A DNA stretch of 64,000 bases from contig JBCDFZ010000015.1 of the NCBI GenBank assembly GCA_039177115.1, positions 10,193 to 74,192 of the forward strand. The letters run 5' to 3'. The position numbers and the translations under genes are program-made. The stretch is from Myxococcota bacterium (GTDB taxonomy: Bacteria; Myxococcota_A; Polyangia; Polyangiales; Houyiibacteriaceae). The notes under the pieces are model-generated. The model was not told the origin of the DNA. It did no database searches and worked only from the letters and a program-made list of their open reading frames with translations. This document shows, one piece after another, positions 7,713-20,223 of the stretch (position 1 is the stretch's first letter; every line of letters begins with the position of its first letter).

Positions 7713-10391
7713 CTTCGACCCGAACGCGCTCTTCACGCTCGGCTGCTGCGCCTTGGCGAGCGCGGCGCAAAGCTGGATGGCCTCGACGGCGCCCGCCAGG
7801 TTGCGTGGGCCGCCTGCGAGTGAAGCGACGCGCGGAGCGAAGAACTGTTCGACTTCGCCTGCGGCTCCCTCGGAGCAGAACGACGCCATGTACCACGGCG
7901 CGAATCCCAGCTGCCGCTCGTTGAACCGGGCGGCCAGAGCATCGAAGTTGTTTTTGAACCACACCCAAGCCTCGTCGCGGGTCTCGGGGCTTTGGAACTG
8001 CGGTCGAAGGAGCTGTCTGATCTCGTTGATGCGGACGGACGGGTCGAGGGCGAGCTCGCGCGCCCTTGCCGCGAGCGTGGAGCCCTCCGCGTGTCCTAGC
8101 GCGTCGAGAATTCGGTTGCGTTCGGTTGCGTCCTGGGTGTCCGCGAGGAGCTCGACGAGATAGTCGAAGAATGCCGAGTCGCTCTCTTGGACCGCGACCT
8201 CGAGTGCGACCGTCGCCAGCTGAGGCTCAACGGAACCGGTGCTCGTGGAGCCGGGGTAGTCGACCGACGCGCGGCCAAGCGCCGCCGCTTGGGAACGCGT
8301 AGCACCGTCGCGCACGTCCATCGCCATGAACGTCACGACCGCTTCTCGGAGCAGCTTGTCGTCGCTGCTGTCACGCTTCTTCGCGCGCCAGCCGAGCGCA
8401 CGGTAACGCTTGCGGTAGAGATTCGCCGCGTAGCTTCGAACTGCGGGCTGGAGTTCAGCCGGGGCCGCATTGTCCATCATGAACCGAAGGGGCCGCATGG
8501 GTGCGGTCGCGACTCCGCGGATTTGGCTGCCGGCCAGCATGGGCATCCACGGAAGCAGCGTTTCCGCATTCGCGCTCCCTTGTTCGAACGTGGCGAACAG
8601 GCTGTCGACGACGGTGATCTGACCCCGTTCGGAGAGCCTCCTGAAGCCCTTCTTCTGAAGGTCGCTCCAGTCGTCTTTGCCGAGCGCAAAACGATAGTAC
8701 CCCCCACCTTCGTCGTTCGGCATGAACCACCTCGGGCAGTCCGGTAGCGCGATCGTCCCGGATTGCTCCGGCAGCACCGCACAGGTCACCCCCGTCGCGC
8801 TCCGAATGCACATGGGGATCTGCCACACCCGCTCCGTGTTCCCACCGGAGCCGAGTGGAAAGTAGCGCTCCTGGGACAGACGAACTGTGCCTTTTCCGCC
8901 GTTGCAGTCGAGTTCGGCATGTACCAGGGGAACCCCGGGCTGGTTCAAGAACGAGTTGAAGGGCCCGGACACGTCGCGGTCGTCAACCGCGTCGAGCGCT
9001 GCGAGAAGATCCTCGGCTGTGGCGGTGCTCTCCTCGTGCGTCCGTATGTAGCTTCGGATGCCGTCGCGGAACACGTCGGGGCCCATCCAGCGTTCGAACA
9101 TCTCGAGGACCGCGCCGCCTTTCTGATAGGTGATGCCGTCGAACGCGTTTTGGATATCGTGGTTGTTGCGCACCGGCTGACGAATCTGCCGCGCACTCGT
9201 CAGGCTATCGAGGCGCATGGCGCGATGCGCCGAGGCAAGGCTCGAGAGCTCGACCTGATACTCGGGGTTCACGACCGCCACCGCTTTGTTGCCCATCCAC
9301 GTGGCGAACGCCTCGTTGAGCCAGATGTCGTTCCACCAGGGCATCGTCACGAGGTTCCCGAACCACATGTGGGCGAGCTCGTGCGCCATCACATAGGAGA
9401 AGGCGCGCCGCTGGCCTTCGGTGGCCTGCTTGGGGTCGACGAGAAGCAGCCATTCTCGGAAGGTGATCAGCCCGACGTTCTCCATCGCGCCCGCGCTGAA
9501 GTCCGGCACTGCGACGATGTCGAGTTTCCGGTAGGGGTAGGGCAGAGCGAAGTAGCCCTCGAGCACTTCGAGGAGCTCCGGCGTGTGGGCAAGGGCGTAG
9601 TCGAGTCGATTGCCCTGACCTTGGGCCGCGAGCCCGCGAAACGGGACGGGATTCGGGCGAAGCTCGCTCGCGGGGATCGGATCCGCGGGGACCACGTCGA
9701 GCGGGCCGACGGCCCACGCGATCAGATAGGTCGGAAGCGGTGGGGTCGACATGAGGTGGAGCCGTTGCCTGCCGTCCGGAAGCCTCACGGCGGTGTCGAT
9801 CGGCGTGTTGCCTGCGGCGAAAACCTTCTCCGGCACGATGAGCGTGATGTCGAAGGGCGTCTTGAACCTAGGCTCGTCGAAACTCGGGAACGCGAGCCGC
9901 GCACTGATGGCTTCGAACTGGGTGAACGCGTATGCCTGCCCTCCTGCCTCCACCTTGTAGAGTCCGCGGAGCGGGTGGTCGTAGGCGCCCGTGTACGAGA
10001 TTCGAAGAGTCGCCGTGCCTGCGGGCAGGGGCTCCGCGAAGTCGACGCGCGACACGCCGTCGGCCGTGCGCTGCTGCCACGCCGCTGGGACGGCGGTGTC
10101 GCCGTAGACGGCCTCCGCGCGCGTGACCGTCAGACCTTGACCGTGCATCCAAAGCCCAGGCGTGACGTCATCGAGTTCGACGGTGATCGCGACGGTGCCT
10201 GCAAAACCGTCCGCTTCAGGATCGATTTCGATGGTCAGCGCGTAGCTCGTCGGGGAGACGCCCTGTGGGAGGCGGCCCTCGGGGACAGCGGAGTCGTCTG
10301 CCTCGGGCGAGGTTTCTGGCGGGGGAGCGGTTCCTGCGCAACCCACCGCGGTGACGAGGAGTGCGGTGACGGCGTATTTTGCGTAGTTCAT
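7710..10391 (-). CDS. pepN: M1-family zinc aminopeptidase (aminopeptidase N-like) lipoprotein
   Basis: Start ATG 10391 gives MNYAKYAVTALLVTAVGCAG, a lipobox signal peptide. GAMEN motif and HELAHMWFGNLVTMPWWNDIWLNEAFA (HEXXH-18-E) are present. The longer track ORF 7710..10589 has an Arg-rich, unlikely N-terminus. Confidence 0.9.
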   Translation of the reverse strand: MNYAKYAVTALLVTAVGCAGTAPPPETSPEADDSAVPEGRLPQGVSPTSYALTIEIDPEADGFAGTVAITVELDDVTPGLWMHGQGLTVTRAEAVYGDTAVPAAWQQRTADGVSRVDFAEPLPAGTATLRISYTGAYDHPLRGLYKVEAGGQAYAFTQFEAISARLAFPSFDEPRFKTPFDITLIVPEKVFAAGNTPIDTAVRLPDGRQRLHLMSTPPLPTYLIAWAVGPLDVVPADPIPASELRPNPVPFRGLAAQGQGNRLDYALAHTPELLEVLEGYFALPYPYRKLDIVAVPDFSAGAMENVGLITFREWLLLVDPKQATEGQRRAFSYVMAHELAHMWFGNLVTMPWWNDIWLNEAFATWMGNKAVAVVNPEYQVELSSLASAHRAMRLDSLTSARQIRQPVRNNHDIQNAFDGITYQKGGAVLEMFERWMGPDVFRDGIRSYIRTHEESTATAEDLLAALDAVDDRDVSGPFNSFLNQPGVPLVHAELDCNGGKGTVRLSQERYFPLGSGGNTERVWQIPMCIRSATGVTCAVLPEQSGTIALPDCPRWFMPNDEGGGYYRFALGKDDWSDLQKKGFRRLSERGQITVVDSLFATFEQGSANAETLLPWMPMLAGSQIRGVATAPMRPLRFMMDNAAPAELQPAVRSYAANLYRKRYRALGWRAKKRDSSDDKLLREAVVTFMAMDVRDGATRSQAAALGRASVDYPGSTSTGSVEPQLATVALEVAVQESDSAFFDYLVELLADTQDATERNRILDALGHAEGSTLAARARELALDPSVRINEIRQLLRPQFQSPETRDEAWVWFKNNFDALAARFNERQLGFAPWYMASFCSEGAAGEVEQFFAPRVASLAGGPRNLAGAVEAIQLCAALAKAQQPSVKSAFGSK

Positions 10392-11455
10392 CGTCTTCGA
10401 GGTCCTGGGTCGTGGCCGAGCGCGAACAAACGATCGTAGAGCGCGGGGCCGAGCGACTGGTGTGAGGTTTGCGGCATCGCTTGTCCGTGGGACGGGGGGA
10501 GGTGCCGAAGCGTCCGTGCGAGGTCGCGAGGAGAGGGGTCGCCGAGGTCGAGCGACACCTTGGTCGATGGTTGGCGGTTCGCTGCCCAAAGCGCGTAGAG
10601 CGCGAAGGCCACCGCCATGGTGTTGCCCGCAACGAGTTTCCGCGGGTCGCCCTCACCGGCGGCGCCTGCCGCCACGAAAGCGAGCGAGGCCAGGGGAAGC
10701 GCGATGAGCCATCGCTGCGTCCGTTCGAGCTGCGACTCGGCGTTCTCTCCCGCCTCGAAGGCGACCAGCGTTCTCCAGTAGCGTTCCGGCATGCGCGTCA
10801 TCACGCCGTCGGTGACGAGAACCGTGCGAAGCCAGGGAACGGCCGCCACGTGGGTGAGGAAGGGGTGGGGCGCGGGGAGGTGGGCAAGCCGCCACGACAC
10901 GCCGCGCACCGTCAGGCGTGAGCCGTAGATCGGCCAGATCGAGACCAGCATCAGGAGCCACGGGCTGAGAATCGCGGTCGTCCATACCGCGAGCGCCCCA
11001 CAGACGACCGCGCTTAGCGTCGGAGGCCAGGGGAGCGCAGGCAGAAGAAGACCTGTAGCGAGCGAGGCGAAAGCGACCGCCGTGAACCAGAGGGCGGAGG
11101 TCTGCACGGCGCGACCCGCCACCTCGAGCGAAGACATGGCCTCCGACTCTTCGTTCGTGCGCTGGCCGAGCGCCACCGCCACCCACGCGGTGGCCATGCA
11201 GAGTGTCGAGAAGAACCAAGCGCTTGCGAGCGGCCAGGGACGCAGGAGCGCCTCATCCGCGACGAGTGCGCCTGCAACCGCCGAGGCAAGGACCATGAGC
11301 GCGCCTCCGAACAGGCTGGTTCGACGAAACTTGTCGACCCGTCTTGCGCGCGCCGCGGGGTCTCGCGGCATCTCGCGAAGGAACATCGACTGGAGCATGC
11401 GGCAGACGACTGTGGGAACCAAGGCGCTCGCGACGAGAACGGCGACCGAGATCAT
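10388..11455 (-). CDS. polytopic membrane protein, unknown function
   Basis: Start ATG 11455 (MISVAVLVASALV...) forms an ATGA overlap with the xth stop. Its own stop forms an ATGA overlap with the pepN start. It has multiple hydrophobic helices and no motif I recognise. Confidence 0.6.
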   Translation of the reverse strand: MISVAVLVASALVPTVVCRMLQSMFLREMPRDPAARARRVDKFRRTSLFGGALMVLASAVAGALVADEALLRPWPLASAWFFSTLCMATAWVAVALGQRTNEESEAMSSLEVAGRAVQTSALWFTAVAFASLATGLLLPALPWPPTLSAVVCGALAVWTTAILSPWLLMLVSIWPIYGSRLTVRGVSWRLAHLPAPHPFLTHVAAVPWLRTVLVTDGVMTRMPERYWRTLVAFEAGENAESQLERTQRWLIALPLASLAFVAAGAAGEGDPRKLVAGNTMAVAFALYALWAANRQPSTKVSLDLGDPSPRDLARTLRHLPPSHGQAMPQTSHQSLGPALYDRLFALGHDPGPRRR

Positions 11456-12243
11456 GCGAACTCCACCATGACAGGGGCGTGGTCCGAAGGGGACTTCTTG
11501 CGCCGTTCCTCCCGATCGACGACGGCGCCGATCGTTCTCGAGGCCATCGGGCCCGTCGCATAGATGTGATCGATCCGGAGGCCGTTTCCACGTTCGAAGC
11601 CACGCCCGCGATAGTCCCACCAGGAGAAGACACCGCCCTGAGGGTGGAACGGACGAAACGTGTCGACCAGACCGATGGAGGCGACGCTGGCGAGACCGTC
11701 TCGGACCGGATCGCAGGCGAGCACGGAGTCTCGCCACTGGGACGGGCGACCGATGTCGTCGTCGTGAGGCGCCACGTTGAAATCTCCGCAGAGGGTCACG
11801 GGGTCGGTGCTCGCGTCGTAGCGACGGTCGAGCGTCGCGCGGAGACGCTTCATCCAGGCGAGTTTGTACTCGAACTTGTCAGACCCCACCTCACCGCCGT
11901 TCGGGAAGTAGGCGCTCAGGATCGTGACGCCGCCCACTTCGGCGCTCAGCAGTCGCGCCTGAGGGTCCTCGTCCTCTTCATCGTCGAAGCCTCGCACCAC
12001 GTTGGTGAGCGGGGTTCGACTCAGAATCGCGACGCCGTTGTATGTCTTTTGGCCGAATACCGCGGCCTCGTAGCCCGACCCGCGGACGTCTTCCAAGGGA
12101 AAGTCGTCGTCGACCACCTTCAGCTCCTGCAGGCACAGCACGTCCGGCTGCGCTGCGTCGAGCCAGTCGATCAGGTGCTGACGGCGCGCCCGGACGGAGT
12201 TCACGTTCCACGTCGCCACCTTCATCCCGAGATGCAGTAGCAT
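11452..12243 (-). CDS. xth: exodeoxyribonuclease III
   Basis: MKVATWNVNSVRARRQHLIDWLDAAQPDVLCLQELK and the C-terminal SDHAPV are ExoIII/AP-endonuclease family signatures. The start may instead be ATG 12225. Confidence 0.9.
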   Translation of the reverse strand: MLLHLGMKVATWNVNSVRARRQHLIDWLDAAQPDVLCLQELKVVDDDFPLEDVRGSGYEAAVFGQKTYNGVAILSRTPLTNVVRGFDDEEDEDPQARLLSAEVGGVTILSAYFPNGGEVGSDKFEYKLAWMKRLRATLDRRYDASTDPVTLCGDFNVAPHDDDIGRPSQWRDSVLACDPVRDGLASVASIGLVDTFRPFHPQGGVFSWWDYRGRGFERGNGLRIDHIYATGPMASRTIGAVVDREERRKKSPSDHAPVMVEFA

Positions 12244-12249
12244 GGATCC

Positions 12250-15253
<3,004 letters not shown>

Positions 15254-15254
15254 C

Positions 15255-16844
15255 TCAGAGCCTCAGGGCTTGCACACTGCTCACGTGGTCCATGGCGCGA
15301 AGCTCATCGAGCAAGTCGGTGGGAACCGGCGAGTCGACGTTCCACAGCGCGAGCGCCTGACCGCTCTTTTCGTCGAGTCCAACCTGCATCCGCGACACGT
15401 TGATTCCGCGTGCACCGAGGAGCGTGCCGACCGCGCCGATGACACCCGGCCGGTTCAGGTTTCGCATTGCGACCACGTCTCCTTCGAGAACGGCGTCGAT
15501 CTGGTAGCCCTCGAGGCCGACGAGACGCGGCTCGCCCTGGCGACCGGGTGTGCCCGTCGCCGTGTGAATCCCCCGCTCACCGGTCACGGTGACGCGAATG
15601 GTCGTGGCGTAGCGGTCGCTTGGTTCCTTCACCTCGGCCAGCTTGATGCCGCGCTCCTGGGCTTCGTAAGGTGCGCTGATCGGATTCACCGGCTCCTCGA
15701 GATGGTGCTGAAGGAAGCCGGCCAGCGCGGCTCGGGCGATGGGCGTCACGCCGAGTTCGCCGGCCTCGCCGGTGCAGGTCACCCGAAGCTCACGGACGTC
15801 GATCGGGTCGAGCTGCCCAATGAGGCTGCCGAGCGCCTTGGCGACGCCGACGTAGGGCTCCAGCCGCGCCGCGATTTCGGCGGGCAGTGCAGGGACGTTT
15901 ACCGCGTTCTTCACGATGCCGTCGCGCAGGTACGCCACGGCCTGCTCCGCGATCTCCACGGCGACGCGCTGCTGCGCCTCGGAGGTGGATGCCCCGAGAT
16001 GCGGCGTGCAGAGTACGTTGTCCAGCCCAAGCAGGGGGCTGTCTTTGTCGATCGGCTCCTGGGCGAACACGTCGAGTGCCGCACCGCCAATCTTGCCGGC
16101 TTCAGCCGCGCGCGCGAGGGCCTCCTCGTCGACAATTCCGCCGCGCGCTGCGTTCACCAGGAGGGCGCCTTTCTTCATCTTCTCGAACGCAGCGTCGCTG
16201 ATGAGATTCTTGGTGTCGGGCGTGAGAGGTGCGTGGATGGTGATGAAATCGGCCCTCGACAGAAGCTCGTCGAGCTCCACCAGTTCGATCCCGAGCTCGG
16301 CACAGCGGTCGCTGCTCATGACCGGGTCGACGCCCACGACCTTCAGCTTCAGCCCCTGCGCGCGGTCGGCCACGATGCGGCCGATGTTTCCGAGCCCGAT
16401 GATGCCGAGCGTTTTGAAGGCGATCTCTCGACCCTGGAACTTGCTTTTCTCCCACTTTCCGCTTCGCATCGAGGCCACCGCCTGCGGAACCCTTCGCGCG
16501 AGAGATGCGAGGAGCGCGAGTGCGTGTTCAGCGGTGGTCACGGAGTTCCCGGTCGGCGTGTTCATGACCACGATTCCGCGTCGGCTCGCGGCTGGGATAT
16601 CCACGTTGTCGACTCCGATGCCCGCGCGGCCGATCACGCGGAGCTTCTCCGCCGCGTCGATCACCTTCGGCGTGACTTTCGTGCCGGATCGGATGATGAG
16701 CCCGTCGTACTCGCCGATGACGTCGCAGAGCTCGTCTTCGCTCATGCCCGGTCGGAACTCGAGCTCGACGCCGGACGCTTCGCGCAAAACGTCGAGACCC
16801 GCCTCGGCGAGCTTGTCAGAGACGAGGACACGTAGGTTGGACAT
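15255..16844 (-). CDS. serA: D-3-phosphoglycerate dehydrogenase
   Basis: 529-aa ORF. It has the NAD-binding motif GIIGLGNIGRIVA, the catalytic region TPHLGAST and a C-terminal ACT-like domain. Confidence 0.95.
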   Translation of the reverse strand: MSNLRVLVSDKLAEAGLDVLREASGVELEFRPGMSEDELCDVIGEYDGLIIRSGTKVTPKVIDAAEKLRVIGRAGIGVDNVDIPAASRRGIVVMNTPTGNSVTTAEHALALLASLARRVPQAVASMRSGKWEKSKFQGREIAFKTLGIIGLGNIGRIVADRAQGLKLKVVGVDPVMSSDRCAELGIELVELDELLSRADFITIHAPLTPDTKNLISDAAFEKMKKGALLVNAARGGIVDEEALARAAEAGKIGGAALDVFAQEPIDKDSPLLGLDNVLCTPHLGASTSEAQQRVAVEIAEQAVAYLRDGIVKNAVNVPALPAEIAARLEPYVGVAKALGSLIGQLDPIDVRELRVTCTGEAGELGVTPIARAALAGFLQHHLEEPVNPISAPYEAQERGIKLAEVKEPSDRYATTIRVTVTGERGIHTATGTPGRQGEPRLVGLEGYQIDAVLEGDVVAMRNLNRPGVIGAVGTLLGARGINVSRMQVGLDEKSGQALALWNVDSPVPTDLLDELRAMDHVSSVQALRL

Positions 16845-16924
16845 GGAGACTCCTATGGAATTCGGCGGAAAAACGCCGGCGGAGAGCTAGCAGCCGCGTC
16901 GAGAGGGGTCAAGGAGCGCGAGCG

Positions 16925-19039
16925 CTACGTCCAGTGTACCGCGCCGAGCGCCAGCAGAAGCGCAATCACGCGGTAGCCACGCTCCGGATCGGCGGGCTGA
17001 CGCTGCTGCGCGACGAACGCGACCAACGTGTCGACGTCCTGCGGTGCCTTGCAGAGTTGGAGCGCCGATTGAACATCGGCTGGAAGCTTCGCCGTGGCGA
17101 CGGCCGTGTCGATTCGGTCCGCCTGCACGATACGACTTCGGCCTCGCTCGTGGAGCAGCTCGTGCTCGAAGCCGGCCGCAATCCTTCGCTGCAGTCCCCG
17201 ATCGAGGATCTCCCACGCGTCGAGCTTGAGCGGGAAGCCGCTGCTCGGGGGATCGACACCCTCGTAGAAGGTGGCCGTTCCGGATTCCCAGGTGAAGAGG
17301 TCGAGCAGCTTCTCCCGGACCTGTTCAGCGATGTGTTGAAAGAGCTCGAGCGGCTCGACGAGGCCGAGCGCGACCAGCGTGTCTCCGAGCTTGCCCTCGA
17401 AGCGGGGCATCACAGCCAGCGCCATGTCGAGTTCGCTTCGGTTGATGACGCGCTTCTTCACCAGGTACTCGCCGAGAAGCTCGCCCGCCAGGTTGCTGGT
17501 CACGAACGCCGGCACGCCTAGCTTCGTGTAGACTTCCTTACGGACACCGCCCTGCTCACAGAGCCAAAGCCCCGTGCGACGTGTGACGAGCGTGCGGACG
17601 AGCGCCGCGACGAAGCCCCCGTTTTCGAAGTCCATGCTGCGGTCGGCCGCGGCGGCCGACGTGATCTTCGTCGTCGTCGGCGTCATTCGCGACGCGGGAA
17701 CGTGACGGTATAGGTCTTGATGCGAAGAGAGCGGCTGGAAGTCGCCGCCCGCAACGCTCACGTTGTCATCGCCGGTGACCTGTCCCGTAGCTACGGCCTC
17801 GACGACCTTTGCGTACGGCAAGGGGCCCACGGTCGCTCCGTTCGGTTTGCGAATGCGGTATTCGAGTGGCGTGACGTTGGTGGTGCTTGGATGCGCGTCG
17901 GCCAGAAGAATTGGCGTGGGCGGCATCGTCGCTTTCGGAACCGTGTCGGCCGATGCCTTGCGAGTCCGCGGCTCGGTCGCGATCTCCCCCACGATCGTAG
18001 CGAGCTCCGCGCGCAGCACTTCCTCGGGGCGGCTCTGCCACGGCTCGAGGGCCGCCCAGAAAGCCCGCGCGGTCGGCGGCCGCTCGTCGACGTGAGCGGA
18101 GAGCGCGCTCAGGATCACCGCGCCCAAACCCTCTGGCAGCTGCGGCAGGAACTCGACGAACGGGTGAACCTCCGCGTCGCGGATCGCCAGCAGGACCGCT
18201 AGCTCGCTTCCTCCGGCGAACAGCGGACGACGCATGAACAGTTCGGCGGCAATCACGCCCGCCGAGAAGAGATCCGCGCGATGATCGACGTCGCCTCCCG
18301 AGACCTGCTCCGGCGCGAGGTAGCCGAGCTTGCCGTTCGCGCGTGTCGCGGTGTCGGGCTTGAACGGCTCCGCGTCTGCGCGCGCGATTCCGAAGTCTGC
18401 GATTTTGACGTCTCCGTGGATGGACATGAGCACGTTCGACGGACTGATGTCCCGGTGCACGATGCCGAGTGCGCTTCCGTCGCGATCGGTGGCGGAGTGC
18501 ACTGCGTCGAGCCCCTCGAGGATCTGTCGTACCAGGTACACCACGAGATCGTGCTCGAGTCGCTTGCCCTCGTGCGTCAGTCTTCGGTTGAGCCGCCAGA
18601 GATCGCAGCCCGGAACGTACTCGAGCGTGAGGTACGGCTGGCCTTCGATCTCTCCGTGTCCAAGAACGTGGACTACGTTCGGGTGGGTCACCTGACTCGC
18701 GAGCCTCGCCTCCTCGGCAAACATCTCCTGCGCGTCGGACTCTTCCGCGATGTGGGGAAGCATTCGCTTGAGGACCACGACCCGAGGTTCTCCGACCGAC
18801 CGAGGCTCGAGTGCGCGAAACACCTCAGCCATCCCGCCGACGGCGATGCGGTCCACCAGCGTGTACGCGCCAAGTGGCGTATTCGGTGGCGGTGCGGGAG
18901 GCGGTGACGACGGTCTCTGCACTCCCTGGATTCTAACGTTATCAACGGAAAATATCGATACCAGAGGAAATATTCGCCCCGAATTGATAGGTTTTTCGAC
19001 GCCGGAGGCAGCATCCGGGATGAGCGATCGGTACGCCAT
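16925..19039 (-). CDS. Ser/Thr protein kinase with ~330-aa C-terminal non-kinase region
   Basis: Hanks kinase motifs are present: GGMAEVFRA, VVLKRM, HRDISPSNVL, DFGIA, GYLAPE. The start is uncertain: ATG 19039 or GTG 18922 (see findings). Confidence 0.85.
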   Translation of the reverse strand: MAYRSLIPDAASGVEKPINSGRIFPLVSIFSVDNVRIQGVQRPSSPPPAPPPNTPLGAYTLVDRIAVGGMAEVFRALEPRSVGEPRVVVLKRMLPHIAEESDAQEMFAEEARLASQVTHPNVVHVLGHGEIEGQPYLTLEYVPGCDLWRLNRRLTHEGKRLEHDLVVYLVRQILEGLDAVHSATDRDGSALGIVHRDISPSNVLMSIHGDVKIADFGIARADAEPFKPDTATRANGKLGYLAPEQVSGGDVDHRADLFSAGVIAAELFMRRPLFAGGSELAVLLAIRDAEVHPFVEFLPQLPEGLGAVILSALSAHVDERPPTARAFWAALEPWQSRPEEVLRAELATIVGEIATEPRTRKASADTVPKATMPPTPILLADAHPSTTNVTPLEYRIRKPNGATVGPLPYAKVVEAVATGQVTGDDNVSVAGGDFQPLSSHQDLYRHVPASRMTPTTTKITSAAAADRSMDFENGGFVAALVRTLVTRRTGLWLCEQGGVRKEVYTKLGVPAFVTSNLAGELLGEYLVKKRVINRSELDMALAVMPRFEGKLGDTLVALGLVEPLELFQHIAEQVREKLLDLFTWESGTATFYEGVDPPSSGFPLKLDAWEILDRGLQRRIAAGFEHELLHERGRSRIVQADRIDTAVATAKLPADVQSALQLCKAPQDVDTLVAFVAQQRQPADPERGYRVIALLLALGAVHWT
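18930..18958 (-). promoter_or_regulatory. candidate promoter inside the annotated 5' end of the kinase ORF
   Basis: On the minus strand: TCGATA (18958-18953), 17 nt spacer, TAGAAT (18935-18930). An in-frame GTG (18922) lies 7 nt downstream. The segment is locally AT-rich. Confidence 0.3.
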
Positions 19040-19493
19040 CCCACAAATCCTCGATGGGTTGTCGAGGACGCTTCATCGGGACGACGCAGGACCTGCGCAG
19101 GCCTTGGACGCGCCGGCGCTCGAAGAGATGCCCGAGATTCAGATCGGCCTCGCGGAGGGACACCGGCTCCAGCTCCTGCGGACGCGGATTAGTTCGACGA
19201 ACGCCGACCCGTTCGGGCGGCTTCCCAGCGAAACCGATGCGGCCCGTTCCGTGCGTCGTTTGCATTAGGAGATGGCCGCACGCGACGACTCACTCTGCGT
19301 TCCGACGCCGGACCGTCTTGCGCTCGGAATCGGGAGACGTGAGGAGACTTGACCGGGAGCCATCCGGCAGCGATATAGGGCTCCGCGTAAGGTTCGTGTT
19401 GGGTTGACCCCCGCCGTGCACGACCCTACCGGCCCCCAGGGAGAGGAAATGTCGTGCGCGACGTCGTCGCGCCAGCCGCAGTTAGGCTGCCGC

Positions 19494-19509
19494 TCGTCAA
19501 AATTGACGA
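19494..19509. promoter_or_regulatory. palindrome TCGTCAA-AA-TTGACGA upstream of actA (candidate operator)
   Basis: Perfect 7-bp arms, ~76 nt upstream of ATG 19585. Confidence 0.3.
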
Positions 19510-19584
19510 CGCGACTTGTCCAAACCTCGGGCTTCGCCTAAATGGCGGCGCGGTCGTTGAGAGGACTCTGAGAGCAAACGCAGC

Positions 19585-20223
19585 ATGCAGATTTTCCCGC
19601 GCGAGTTGAACTACTTGCCCCTCGCCCTGGCGCTCGTGGCCGGCGGTCTCGGAACGGGGGTATTCGTTCTATTCTGGGTGTGGTTCACGCCCGCGAACCT
19701 TCAGGTGGGGTACACGCCCGAGCAGCCCGTTCACTACAGTCACCGACTGCACGCTGGAGAACTCGGGATGGACTGCCGCTACTGCCACTCGCAGGTCGAG
19801 CGATCGCACGAGGCCATGGTGCCCCCGACGCAGACGTGCATGGGCTGCCACGCGGTCGTGCACACCGAGTCGGAGGAACTCTCATTGGTGCGAGAGAGCT
19901 GGGACACCGACGATTCCATCCCTTGGGTTCGGGTGAACCAGATCCCAGACCACGCGTACTTCAACCACAGTGTGCATCTCGCTGGCGGGATCGGGTGCGT
20001 GTCCTGTCACGGCCGCATCGATCAGATGGAGGTCGTCGGGATCGTCGAGCCGCTTGCGATGCAGTGGTGCTTGAACTGCCACCGCAACCCGGAGCCGCAC
20101 GTCCGGCCGACCGACGAAATCACCAACATGTCCTGGCAGCCCGATGAAGCGTGGCTCGCCCAGCGTGCGGAAGTGGCTGCGAAGCTACAGCCGCCCATGA
20201 ACTGTTCGGGGTGCCACCGATGA
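19585..20223 (+). CDS. actA: alternative complex III subunit ActA (pentaheme cytochrome c)
   Basis: It has an N-terminal TM helix and five CxxCH motifs (CRYCH, CMGCH, CVSCH, CLNCH, CSGCH). It is the first gene of the act cluster. Confidence 0.85.
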   Translation: MQIFPRELNYLPLALALVAGGLGTGVFVLFWVWFTPANLQVGYTPEQPVHYSHRLHAGELGMDCRYCHSQVERSHEAMVPPTQTCMGCHAVVHTESEELSLVRESWDTDDSIPWVRVNQIPDHAYFNHSVHLAGGIGCVSCHGRIDQMEVVGIVEPLAMQWCLNCHRNPEPHVRPTDEITNMSWQPDEAWLAQRAEVAAKLQPPMNCSGCHR

